A program made the translations under genes and the position numbers. From Ginglymostoma cirratum (lineage: Eukaryota): a DNA stretch of 64,000 nucleotides. The stretch covers positions 7,960,330-8,024,329 of the forward strand of contig JAHRHZ010000023.1 in assembly GCA_024137785.1 (NCBI GenBank), written 5' to 3'. Positions within the stretch are counted from its first letter, which is position 1. Every line of letters begins with the position of its first letter. The notes beneath the pieces were generated by a model. It saw only the letters and a list, made by a program, of their open reading frames with translations, had not been told where the DNA came from and made no database searches. Positions 1 to 11,384 of the stretch are shown piece by piece.

Positions 1-301
1 CATAACTTTGGTTGTGTAATAAAGCTGGATGCTCCATGAATCCTGAGTGCAATAAAAACAATTCTACACCAACTTTCTCTGCAGCAGTTACACTCTCAGG
101 TAACTAAACAAACTGGCAGGTAACCAAAGTCTTCTCACCAATGAAGTAAAGCACAGAAGCAACAAATCTAGGAAAATGAAAATGGAAAAGTGAAGCACAG
201 ATTAAAAAAAGGAGACCAGAGGTATCTGCTGTCTGGTGTTTTGTTTATTACTGGCAAAAAAAATTGTACTACTAGACTGCACACTAAATACACCATCTTA
301 C

Positions 302-355
302 CTTCTCAGACTGACTGAGCAGAAAGTGATGAAAGTGAGGGTCGTCCTTTACTTG
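302..355 (-). CDS. GLYR1: GLYR1 coding exon 7, QVKDDPHFHHFLLSQSEK (LSD2/KDM1B-binding peptide)
   Basis: ttgcag|CAA GTA AAG GAC GAC CCT CAC TTT CAT CAC TTT CTG CTC AGT CAG TCT GAG AAG|gtaag; 54 nt; the dehydrogenase-domain exons lie beyond the left edge. Confidence 0.95.
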
Positions 356-3183
356 CTGCAATTAGAAAAACCAAATCTGAGCATGGTGAGGAATCATACT
401 CTGATCTTATAACTGAAGATTTCTATTTGTGATGAGTGGAAGAACAGAACCAGAAATTTTCTCTCTACTTGTCTCTATTATGGGTAAATCAACAACCAAA
501 AAGATACATAAACCCACAACTGGAACCATTCAGCAAGCAATATTTAACTAAAGAGGGATATGCTAAAAAAAAATGTACTCTTCTTCAGAATTTCACAAAG
601 TTCTTTGGTGTTTGATTCTGTACAAACTCTCCTGACAAAATCTATTATCAATTCATGTATTTGCATGAAGTACATCATGAGAGTGTGACTTCTGTTTTAA
701 CAAATCTTTTACATTTACTTGTCCCCGAATGATTCCAATTCTGAATGCACCAATTTAGTAAACTTTAACAAGTTCATCTTCTCCAGTCAAACTACTTTCC
801 TAAAAACAAACATTCTTTGGTGTCTACAAAATCACTAACCTGACTTCTGAAATGCTGGCAAAACTCCATGCATTGACCAGATGGCATTTGAACTAATTTA
901 GGCTCAGTCTACAATTTACTCAGATTGGGACCAGCCCCAATCCCCCAATGCTACGTGGAAGCTCCTAGGTCATCATTTTGGATTTTCTGATGATTTGTCC
1001 TCAGAAAAAGTCAGGGCAGATGGAAACTATACTTAAGATTGGAGTCTTAAAAGTTAAGTGCTTTCACACAAATTGAAATAAACGTGGCACTGAGACAAAG
1101 TACAATTAAATGCCATTGAACTCAGTTTTGAAGTTGCTTCCCAAGAACTTCACTCCCTAAGTAAAGGGGATAAACCCTACTCCTGGGTGCTCAGTAAAGG
1201 CAAAGGCTTAATTGAAAACTGTGAACTGGGATTAAAAGAGAAAGATCTATGTGTAGTCAAACTTTTAAAGAAGGCTGAGAGTGCCAGTTCTCCTTACATT
1301 CAGAAAGGACAGAGAATATTTTGAAGTATGTCTGTTTACATCTACAAGGATAACCTGATGTAGGGAATGGGAGCATGTTATTTTATACTATTACAGAAAG
1401 TCAAATTGCACACATTGTGTCTGTTTGTTGATACTTAGTTTGCAAACTTGCTTGCTGTAAGATAAAACAATATCATGATTTATACCCAACTCTAGAAATA
1501 TTTTCAAAGAGCCTGCAGAAGCATACATGCAAAAACAACACCAAAATCTATTTTAAGAGGACAATATTGTTATCCATCTGGGGTACAATATACTCTATGC
1601 TCCTGAACTCAAGGTGCTCAGACTGCTAATGGGAATGATGATCACAACTGTACATCAAGAAAATATGTAAGTCAAGAACCCTGAATGTGAAACACTCCCT
1701 TCACAATCACAATGTTGTACACACACAAGGAATTAAATTTAGTTAAACGCCAATATCCTCTCAATGTGTATCAACATATCCATTGTTACACTGAATTATT
1801 ATTTCCATTGCACTACACTTGCACACACAGATACACGAAGAACCATTTCTAACTGTTCAATTGTAATCATTCTATCACAGCTGTGATTAAAACACTGCAA
1901 CACTTCAGCCCTCTCACACATTAGGAGTTCCTAACAAGTACGTAAACCCTGGAGTTTTTCAAGCTATCAAACTAAAATTCTAGGCAGTTCCAGCAGGTAC
2001 AGTATTCTACATTATAACTGTTTAGGTATTATGTAAACCAAGTTGTCCATGACTAATATTGCAGTTTTCAGCAAACAGAGGGTGAAGTTGGTTATGTAGG
2101 ATGTAACTTGAGTTATGAAAGCCAAAATGTTCGATTATGAAGAATGAAATGCTACACTTTGTCAAGTTCTAGCTTCAGCAATGCTCTAAAGGCAACCAAT
2201 GTTTTCTCAGGCATTAAAAAGACTTCTGAATTTGTGAAATATTCAAGTGTGCTAGTTTCTTTCCATCCCTGGCCTATCAAGCTTCCATATCTATCCTACC
2301 TAATAGTCTACCAGCCTGTTTTTTTTTATTCCAGTGGAAATTAAACAAAACACATGAAGACAAAAACCTGTACTTAATACAGCTTGATCAAAATAATACT
2401 CCCTGTCAAACACACCTGCCACTTTACGAACACTCAGTCATCACTTGCGATACCAGGCATTACAGGCAATTTCTGTTACAAAACGTCTGGTACCCAAATG
2501 AAAATAAGTTGGGATTAGTATAGTAAATATTTTCAACTCCCGAAGAGGAGACTGTGTTATAATCAGAGGATACAAGGATCTATTTATCACTGTAGACTTG
2601 TTGAAAACTGTTCTAACCCTCTATATCAAGCCTCAACAAAAACAGCAGGGACTGAAAAATTTCAGCAAGCAAATTTAATTTTTAAACTTTTAAAATGACG
2701 ATAACTGGGGAAAAGCTCGATCATATCAGTGGTTGAGAAAAAAAAAACAAAGGTTCCAACCCAGGCACATATTTTCCTACACAACATAGATTGCTTTTTA
2801 ACCTTTGAAGACGAGTAGAGTTTGGCAAGCATACTTCTCCTTAGGAGCCAGACCTGCGCTGCACAAGCTAAATTTTCAAAAGGGCAGCATAAATAATACA
2901 CATTATGCCAGATGCCGCAGCTGGATAATAGTACAAAATATCTGTATAGTTTTCTGATTGAAGAAAATCAAACAATAATTTATGACTTAATGGCAATAAT
3001 ATACTAGAGTTACCACCTAGTAAAGTTTCAGAAACCAAAACACAGATCCAGGTTCCCTAGATTTACTGCCAAAACCCTAGCCATTTCCAACACGACTGCA
3101 TGAGTCCAGTCCTCTAATTCAGTGATGTGTCAATAACAACCTAAAACCGCAAACCTCTTGACTTTAAGAAATTTGTGGCTCAC

Positions 3184-3252
3184 CTTCCATTTGTATCCTG
3201 CGACTGGACCCGTAACCAATCTTTTCACTGTGGATGGCTCAGGGAAAGCATC
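3184..3252 (-). CDS. GLYR1: GLYR1 coding exon 6, DAFPEPSTVKRLVTGPVAGYKWK
   Basis: cttccacttaag|GAT...TGG AAG|gtgagc; 69 nt; similar to human [20 protein letters not shown]. Confidence 0.9.
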
Positions 3253-3535
3253 CTTAAGTGGAAGGAAGAAAACATAAAGATCACTACATTTTACAAAGAA
3301 GCCATATATTTCCTGTACATAACATTACCATGTTTTCACCAACTTATTTAATTGAATAGATGTTTTAATTCTTCCATGAGATGTTCCAATTGCATACGTC
3401 TTGAATGGCTGCAGTCCACATGCTGCAGGTAGACCCACAACACCCTTAGGGAGGAAATTCCACAGGGAGAATACAAATTTAAGACAAAAAAATTTCAACA
3501 TCGTGCAACTGGAATTGTTTCTACCCAAAACCAAC

Positions 3536-3667
3536 CTTTTCCTCCTTTGGTGGCCGACCCCTTTTCCTTGTACTGTGCTCTGAAATTTCTGTTGCGGAGA
3601 AATTTTGTTTTTTACTGTCAGATGAAAAGTGCCTGTTTTTATCTTCTGAGGAGGCAAAAGCAGATAC
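3536..3667 (-). CDS. GLYR1: GLYR1 coding exon 5, VSAFASSEDKNRHFSSDSKKQNFSATEISEHSTRKRGRPPKEEK (AT-hook)
   Basis: ctgactaattcattttcag|GTA...GAA AAG|gttggt; 132 nt, phase 0-0; contains the RKRGRPPK AT-hook typical of GLYR1. Confidence 0.93.
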
Positions 3668-3794
3668 CTGAAAATGAATTAGTCAGAAGTAAAGGCAATG
3701 ATATGCTTTTAGCCAAAAACCCAGTTGATTGTCCCTTATATGAAGCAGTGACAATTGTTAAATGTTATTTCAATGGATTCACATTAATTTAAAC

Positions 3795-4114
3795 TTAGAA
3801 TCCCTACAGCGTGGGAACAGTCCCTTCGGCCCAACAACTCCACACCGAACTTCACAGCATCCCACCCAGACCCATCCACCTATAACCCACCTAATCTACA
3901 CATCCCTGAAAACTACAGGCAATTTACCATGGCCAATTCACATAGCCTGCACATCTTTGCACTGTGGGAGGTAACCGCAGCACCCGGAGGAAACCTACAC
4001 AGACGCAGGGAGAATGCGCAAATTGCACACAGACAGTCGCCCGAGGCTGGAATCGAACCCGGGTCCCTGGCGCTGTGAGGCAGCAGTGCTAACCACTGAA
4101 ACACCATCCCGCCC
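3795..4114 (-). mobile_element. Full-length tRNA-derived SINE, HE1-like (elasmobranch)
   Basis: Minus strand shows an A-box-like TGGTGTTTCAGTGG, B box GGTTCGATTCC, body, and a CR1-type 3' tail; homologous to copies at ~27375 and ~62220. Confidence 0.85.
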
Positions 4115-7059
4115 TAAGGCCAAATCTATACAAACAATCTATCACAAAGTTTAGTAAATGTGCAGAATTTTCAAAAAATTAATCCAAAGCTCAACTCAAA
4201 CAAATGCAGTTGTGTGCTACCGCGTAAGTGTGCATACCAGTTATAATAATTTCCACATCTATTCAAAGTGGAACCGTTGCTATTAATTCTATCTAATCAG
4301 TCGTGTCTGCTTTATTGATATTATTCTAAATTAGAAATTTCAGGGGACGAGGTGTTTTGATTTTCTGAAGGACCCACGCATTTGAGCCGGAAGGGGTCTT
4401 TCGTGTCCCCTCAGAAGCGAGTGTGGATGCAAGATTGCATTATAAACAACGCACCCGCCAACCCACACCCATTCTGCAACAAAAAAACATGCATCATCCA
4501 AAAGTTCCCACATAGGTCAGGCACAATGGACCTCCAAGTGACAATGCGAAATAATTTAAGCACAACATGTGTATACTTCCAAAAAGAGTACGTTGACTGC
4601 GAAGCCAGTAAAAAGACATTAAATACAAATTGTTTTTTGCTGGTAACAATTAAATGTAAAACAAAAGGGCTTTGTTAAGTGTTCTAAATGAATGTGTCCA
4701 GTATGTGGCTGACATTTAGGAAATTGCTTCCTTTTGATCAGCTTTGTTTGATAATGAGAGCAGCCATTTGATTTTCCACATATTAGCTTTGAAATTCAAA
4801 CGAGGTACATTTCAGGCTGTGCTCTTCCAGCTATTCAGAGCCATTAGAGAGTTACAGGCTGAAGATCCAACATGGCTAGTTGAATCTTGTGTCTTAATTT
4901 TTACATAGACATTGGACCAAGCTTAGTATTAAGAGTTAGCAAGAGCTCACTTTTAAACATATATTCAGATTGATTTTCCAATGATCTGTCGAGAAGCAGA
5001 ATTTGCTATATTGACATTCTATTGCTTTATTCTAGTATAAAATCACAATTTGTGGTTTACAACTTAAGTTATACTACGAATACATCATTTATTATTCCCT
5101 TACCTAAAGGCTAGGAGAAACTGATGAGCCTCATCTTAATTTAACAAACTAATTACTGTGATTTGATTCCCTAACCAATGTACATAAATTCATGTCATGG
5201 TCCATTAGAGGAGCAAGGGATCATTTACAGGCTTGTTTTGTGGTGCTGGATAGAAGTGGTGTCCAGAAAGAGAGTCCTAATTTTAAGAGAAGATACCTCC
5301 ACCTCTTCTTTTTTTAAGAATATGAAACATTAATGCTAAGAGAAGGGAACAGAATAACCCCAAGGAAACAAAAAAAAAATAAAACAGACTGAAAATGGTG
5401 AAACACAGCAGTTTAACTTGTATGGTACACTGAAACATCCCTAGATGCATCATTGCATTATAAAACAGGATTTGATCGCCAAATAAAGAAATATTGTAAC
5501 AGGTGATCAAAACCTTGGTCAATGAACATCTCAAAGGACCAAAATGAGTTCATGAGCCTTGGGCTTCATGCTGTGACGAATGAAGGCAAGGCCACCGTTG
5601 GTGGAGTGATTAAATTGAGCATGTGCAAGTGGCTGGAATTATATGTTTGAGTGAATGGAAAGAAGAGAATATGGTTTATAGATAAATCATTTTTGCTGTT
5701 CAACATTATTGGAAGATTTATCAACCAAATGCGCAAAACAGAGACATGATCTGACACAAAAAAGTCAGGCACAGGTGTGAGTTATCAGACAACAATCTTG
5801 CAGGCACTGGTGGTCTCATTGGTGTCATTTTGACAGAAAGACAATGCTGATCACGTACAGCTGTGAAACATGGCTTCTAATTTCTTATACCCACGAGGCA
5901 GAAATGGAAAAACAGTTTCCTTTCTTTTGTACTTTATTTAAAAAGTTGAATCTTAACAAAGCCTGAAGGAAACAGGAAGGGAAAAGGGAAGTCAGTGAAT
6001 TGAGCACCAGTGGGAACGGAAAGGACAGAGGCAGAGTTAAGGTAGTGACAGTGATGAGTACATGGGGTGTTCGGAAGAGTGAGTGAAGTACAAGGGAACT
6101 GGAGAAAGGAATGGTTGAGGGGCATAATTTCCATGCAGTTCCAAAACTAAAAGCAGAGATTGGGCATCCATAATAACTCTTTTTGAGCCACAACAAATCA
6201 TAGCATCGTAAAGAAAGAAAATATATATATACACACAAGAAAAAGAGGAGAGGACTGGCAGGACAGCAAAAGAGATAAGAGCGAAAAGCAACAAGACATA
6301 GACAAAAGAGACAGACAAGAGAATAACACTCTTTGTGTAATTAGCAATGTATTAAAATCATGCAACTGAGCCTAACCATCAAATTTTCACATTATAAATT
6401 CTCACATCGTTTATAATGGAAACTGTCCACCTAAACTTGATATTGTGTAATTACACACTCCATCTAGCATGAGCTCAATAGCCTTACAATTGGCAGTAGG
6501 ATGCAATTACAGTGACTAACTTACACACACAAATATAGATAAGAATTTATAATAAAATGTAATGAAAATTTGGATTGAAGACACTAACATCAGTACGTTC
6601 CAACATATGCTTCTGCCGTCTAAACCAAGTTCATTTATGAAAATGTCAATTTTGCATGGACTTTTCATGAATTTTCCAATATAAACACCAGTGCCCACAT
6701 TTTCTCTTGTGTAAACTTGCACAATTTTTTGCCATCCTCAACTACAGTGAACCTGGTCTCCAACAGCCTGCAGGACTGACCTTTTGTACCTAGAATTCTC
6801 CTATTTATCAACTATTAAAGATTAGTATCAGAGAGGCATTAAGACATTGATAAATGATTCAATTTCCATTATGTTACCAGATATCACAATTAATATTTAA
6901 GATTAAGAGCAAATCGTCAAAGCTCATATGCTCCAAACACATCACAATAATTATCTCTTACAGTGATTGTCCAACTGTACTTGAACAAATTTATTAAGTA
7001 CACCATTAAACCCATTTTGACTTCATTGTCAATTTGAAATTTCTTGATGCTACAGTTTT

Positions 7060-7388
7060 TATTCTATCATTGGATACAGGTATTGCTGATTTGGCCAGAA
7101 TTTGTTCACCATCCCAAATGGTTCCTGAACTGAGTGAGCTGTTAGGCATTATAGGACTAGTTAAGAGTCAAGCACATTGCTCTGGGTTTGGACTCACATT
7201 GTCGGGGCAGATCAGGCCATAGCACCAGATTTAGTACTAGTAAACCATTTGGGACTTTACGATATCAGATGATAGTTTCACAGTCACCCTTGTGGAGACT
7301 TGTTTTCAATTCCAAGTTTGTTAATTCAATTTAAAATTTGCCAGCTGTCGTGATGGGATTTGAATCTGTGCTCCCAGAGCATTATTAT
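7060..7388 (-). mobile_element. Second-family SINE copy
   Basis: gttaagagtcaagcacattgct...gatgggatttgaatc. Confidence 0.55.
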
Positions 7389-7634
7389 GGAGGTGAAAAG
7401 GCAGCCCTAGAGATGACACAAGAGAAGTTGGAAACTCATCTCAGGATCAAATGGGATGCCATGACCGCAAACAAACTCATTCATTTTCAATACGTTGCCA
7501 GGGACGGGAAATGGGGTCAGTAGCTACGGAACGGAGTTCGGAGCACAGAACAAATACAGCAACTTCAGTATTTACTCCAATATTTCGAGAAAATTCACAA
7601 TTTATTTCATTTAATGTATCCTTCATGGGAAATT

Positions 7635-8345
7635 AAGTGAGTGGACAAAAACTTGACAGATGAAATGTAACGTGGGGAATTGGGAGACTATGCACTTTGG
7701 CAGGAAAAATAAAGGATCCGCATATTATTTGACACAGAGAAGAGGCACTTAGAAGTCCTCGTGCAAGAATCACAAAAAGCTAGCATCGACAGGTTCAGCA
7801 GGCAATAGGGAAGGCAGTTGAAATGTTGGCTTTTTCCCAAAGGGAATAAATTATAAAAGTACAGAGGTTTTGCTAAAACTATGCAAGTTACTTGTCAGAA
7901 GTCAGTTGGAATACAGTGCATAATTTTGGTCTCTGTATCTAAGTAAAGATATATATCATTGGCCAGAGAAGGTTCACTAGACCGATCCTTGGAGGGATTG
8001 TTTTATGAGGAGAGGGCTGAGTAGATTGGGCCTGTACTTACTGGAATTTACAAAAATGGGAGGCATCCTTAATGTCAGAATAAGCAGTTGCGCATTTAAG
8101 ACAGAGACGAGGAGGAATTTATGCTCTAAAGATAGTGAATCTGTGGAATTCTTTACCATGGAGGGCTGTCAAAAGTATATTCAGGACTGAGTTAGACAGA
8201 TTTTTAAATCGAGAAGGGAATGAAGGCTGATAGAGAAAAGCCAGGAAGCAAAGTTATGGATTATCAGATCAGCCATGATCTAACTGAGCAACGGAGCAGA
8301 CTTGATGGACCGAATGGCTCATTTCTGGTCCTATGTCTTATTGGT
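7635..8345 (+). mobile_element. Old CR1 LINE 3' fragment
   Basis: Degenerate equivalents of LEYSVQFWSP and RRFTRLIP; ends gatggaccgaatggctcatttctggtcctatgtctta. Confidence 0.75.
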
Positions 8346-8634
8346 CAACCAGAGAGATAAGCGTAATGTCCAGGGGTTGAAATTTCACGTTTCCTATTTA
8401 TTTGCAGGTTTTGTTTTTGTAATGAAATTTCTTAAGCTGCAAGATTGTTCCAATGCAGAATAACCACCTCCCCAATCACTGCAGTGTCAACACCAGCCAA
8501 GAATGCAATTTTAGAACAAAATTAACTGCTGTGATCCTAGAACACAAGGGAGCTTTCTGCTCAAACTAGTTTAAATACATATTAATGTGAAACTCTGACT
8601 TGTTTTCGGTCCATTGGATGATAGCACGCCTCAC

Positions 8635-8758
8635 CTTTGATTTAATAAATTCCTCAACTGCATCCACTGCCTGTTGAAAGCGTTTCCCTTTGGTAGATTT
8701 CATCATTTCCTCCTTGTGAAGGTGATAGGATTTAAGTTGGTCTACTTTGATCCACGCA
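8635..8758 (-). CDS. GLYR1: GLYR1 coding exon 4, (H)[41 protein letters not shown]
   Basis: ttacag|T GCG TGG...TCA AAG|gtgagg; 124 nt; lies inside ORF 8566..8787; end of PWWP domain. Confidence 0.96.
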
Positions 8759-10714
8759 CTGTAACAAAACATATTGCGATCAGTCAATCTCCAGAACCAT
8801 CTTGCTTAAATTCAACTTCTACATCTTCAAAGAGACAATACGTATAAAGCCTCAGTTACTGTTCATTTGATTTTTGCTATTTGAGCAATATGTACCCAAT
8901 ATTATGCATCTCGATTACATTGTCCAACTACCTTCATGACATATGCCACATGAATTTTGCTACTGCATTAAGAACATGCAAACATCTATGAAAAAAGACA
9001 TTCACATTGAACAAGTAGGAAATTTCAGGAATTACAATGTGTGCTCAGCTACTTTCGGGAAATGTGTTTGCACCAAATTTTCTATAGTGATATATTACTT
9101 TCTCATCCCGTTGCCCCATTTGCCAGGTCCTCTTTACTTTTAACACAACATTTGCTTTTAATATTGCAGAGCAATTACAACACAATGACTTAGTGCTTTG
9201 TGGTTATTATTGTAAAACTCAACATTAGTTTAACAGGATTACTGTAACAGTGCAAGTGCCATAACAGTGTGTAAATTGAAAGCTAGCAAAACCGACCGAG
9301 ACATTTCTGGATTTACACTTGGTTTAAAAGATTAAAGATAGAGCATGCTTTCTCTTTCATTAAGCAAATTGTCATATTTTTCATATCAATTATAAGTATC
9401 ACACCTTCAAGACCTTTACTTTCCAGGCACAATGTTAGAAAAGAGCCATCTGTTCTACTAATCAAGATTGGCAATTTTGCAGTTCGGTGTACAAGCATAA
9501 TGCTATATACCTGGTAGGTACCGAACCTTAAGAGTAACTGGCACCTCCAATTACTGACCAGACCCCTGAAGGAGATTGACCTATGCCCACAGAGTTTATT
9601 GATGGATCATTTAATCCCATCTTTCTTGACATTCATTGGAAACATGCCATTTCCCTATGAACTGCAAGGGAGAGCAGGAATCTAATTTGTGCTAAATGGA
9701 AAGTAAGGATTATCTTAATCACTTCACAGCTGCACTCAAGGACCAAATCTAAATAGGTTATACTCGACCTATGAACAACTGGGATAAACAAGTCATCTGT
9801 AACTCAGCTTCTCACATCCGAAGGTGAAAAGAAACTAACAATAAAATACCTTTAGCACCTTCATTACATAAACAAAGAGCAGCACAAAGAGCATTGGAAT
9901 AACCTCCTAGAGACAGCAAAAAACTGGGTAATAGATTTTATTGCAAAGCAGGCAATGTATGTAAATGAAAACAGGTAGTTTCTGTAAAGGATATGATGCA
10001 GGATTTTAAACTCAGCTCGGCATTAAATATCACATCCCAAGATTTACCTGGTCTCCTAAGTGAGCAACAGCAAATTGACTTTGAAACAGATAGGTTTTCA
10101 AGCAGTTGGCAAGAACAATGGCTTTGATTTTCCTGAAATTGGATGGAGGAATTTGTCATCCGTCCAGGACCAGGTGAAAAAGTAGATAATGGAAAAGCTC
10201 AGGCTTGGGAGTGTACAGATAGAAAGTTAACTGATTTTAACCATGTGGTACCACAGAGACGAGCAAGAGTAGGCCCAGGCTAGATCCTTGGAGGGCCTCT
10301 ATAGGCAAACGTGGGGAAAGAATAGTAAGGTGATTGCTGGAGATGGACTGGCTGTGACCCATGAGCGAAGGGTACAAACACACAATCCGATACAGCTAGA
10401 AAATGAATGTTAGCGGAGGACAGCATCAATTGTGAAACACATCAGATGCTAGAAAGGGTTCAAGGTGGTAAGGGAGACACTAAGCTTGGTCAGTCATTTT
10501 GGATGTCTTTTAAGACTGAAGCCATGGTTATCTTACTAATGTGTCGTATGCAAAACCCGGACTGGAAAGATTTAAACAGAGTTTCAAGATATAGGTTGGG
10601 CGCAGAGTTACAGGCAATAACACTTTAAAATACTTGTCTTTAAGCTAGTTGCATTTTTGGATTAGAATGCATTAGCAGCAGTTTTGAAAGTGGTAGTGAT
10701 TATAGTTAAAGAAA

Positions 10715-11060
10715 GGAGAACTGTTGAGGTGTTTAAGATGGTTAGACGACTGGATAGGCTACACAAAGAAATTATTTCCTCTCAGAGGGTTTAGAACAAG
10801 AGGGGCAGAACATTAAAGTTTGAAACCTTTTTAGGGTGATACCAGGAAGCACTTTGAAATAGAACAGATAGTGGAAATCCGGAACACATTCCCTCAGAAA
10901 GCTGTGAGCAACCGAAAAATTCAACCAAAACTGATCTTTGTTTGTAAGGGCTTTAGGACAACGAGTTAAAAAGAAGTGAATGGAGTTGAGGTACAGATCA
11001 GCAATTACATAACTGAACAGCAGAATAGGCTTCAATGTCCTACTTCTCATATTGCTATGT
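10715..11060 (+). mobile_element. Old CR1 3' fragment
   Basis: gaggtgtttaagatg...gttgaggtacagatcagc, CR1 3'-end pattern. Confidence 0.6.
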
Positions 11061-11304
11061 CTTGGATTGGTGCCAGGGGCTGTTAACTGATAAAAGATTG
11101 AATGGGAAGTGTCAAATAACAGAAGAAAAATCTCACGGAAGAGATGAGTAAATAATTGCGAAGTGACAAGATCATATTTGGGAGTTTGTAGCTAGATTGC
11201 TTAATCCAATACAACAAAACACTGCATAAATGTTTTAGGAAACAAGCTATGTGAAGAGGTCTGAATTAGGCTTTTTCAAGTGTGTTTACAAAGAAGTGAC
11301 TTAC

Positions 11305-11384
11305 TGGTCTTCAGTTCCAAAGAACTTCACAAAGAAGCATTTTTTCCCCCGTGGTTTCTTGAGATCTTTGGGTGGATGAACAAT
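11305..11384 (-). CDS. GLYR1: GLYR1 coding exon 3, [26 protein letters not shown](H)
   Basis: ttgtaag|ATT...GAC CA|gtaagt; 80 nt; near-identical to the GLYR1 PWWP sequence. Confidence 0.97.

Noticed and set aside
3325-3657. 110-aa minus-strand ORF over GLYR1 exon 5
   Set aside because: Different frame from the one carrying the AT-hook; no recognisable homology
4040-4114. tRNA-like A/B boxes
   Set aside because: Head of an HE1-like SINE, continuous with the SINE body; not a tRNA gene
9978-9986. Minus-strand UACAGAAAC (METTL16-like motif at a 3'-splice-site-like AG)
   Set aside because: No flanking stem or convincing downstream donor; a 9-mer like this can occur by chance
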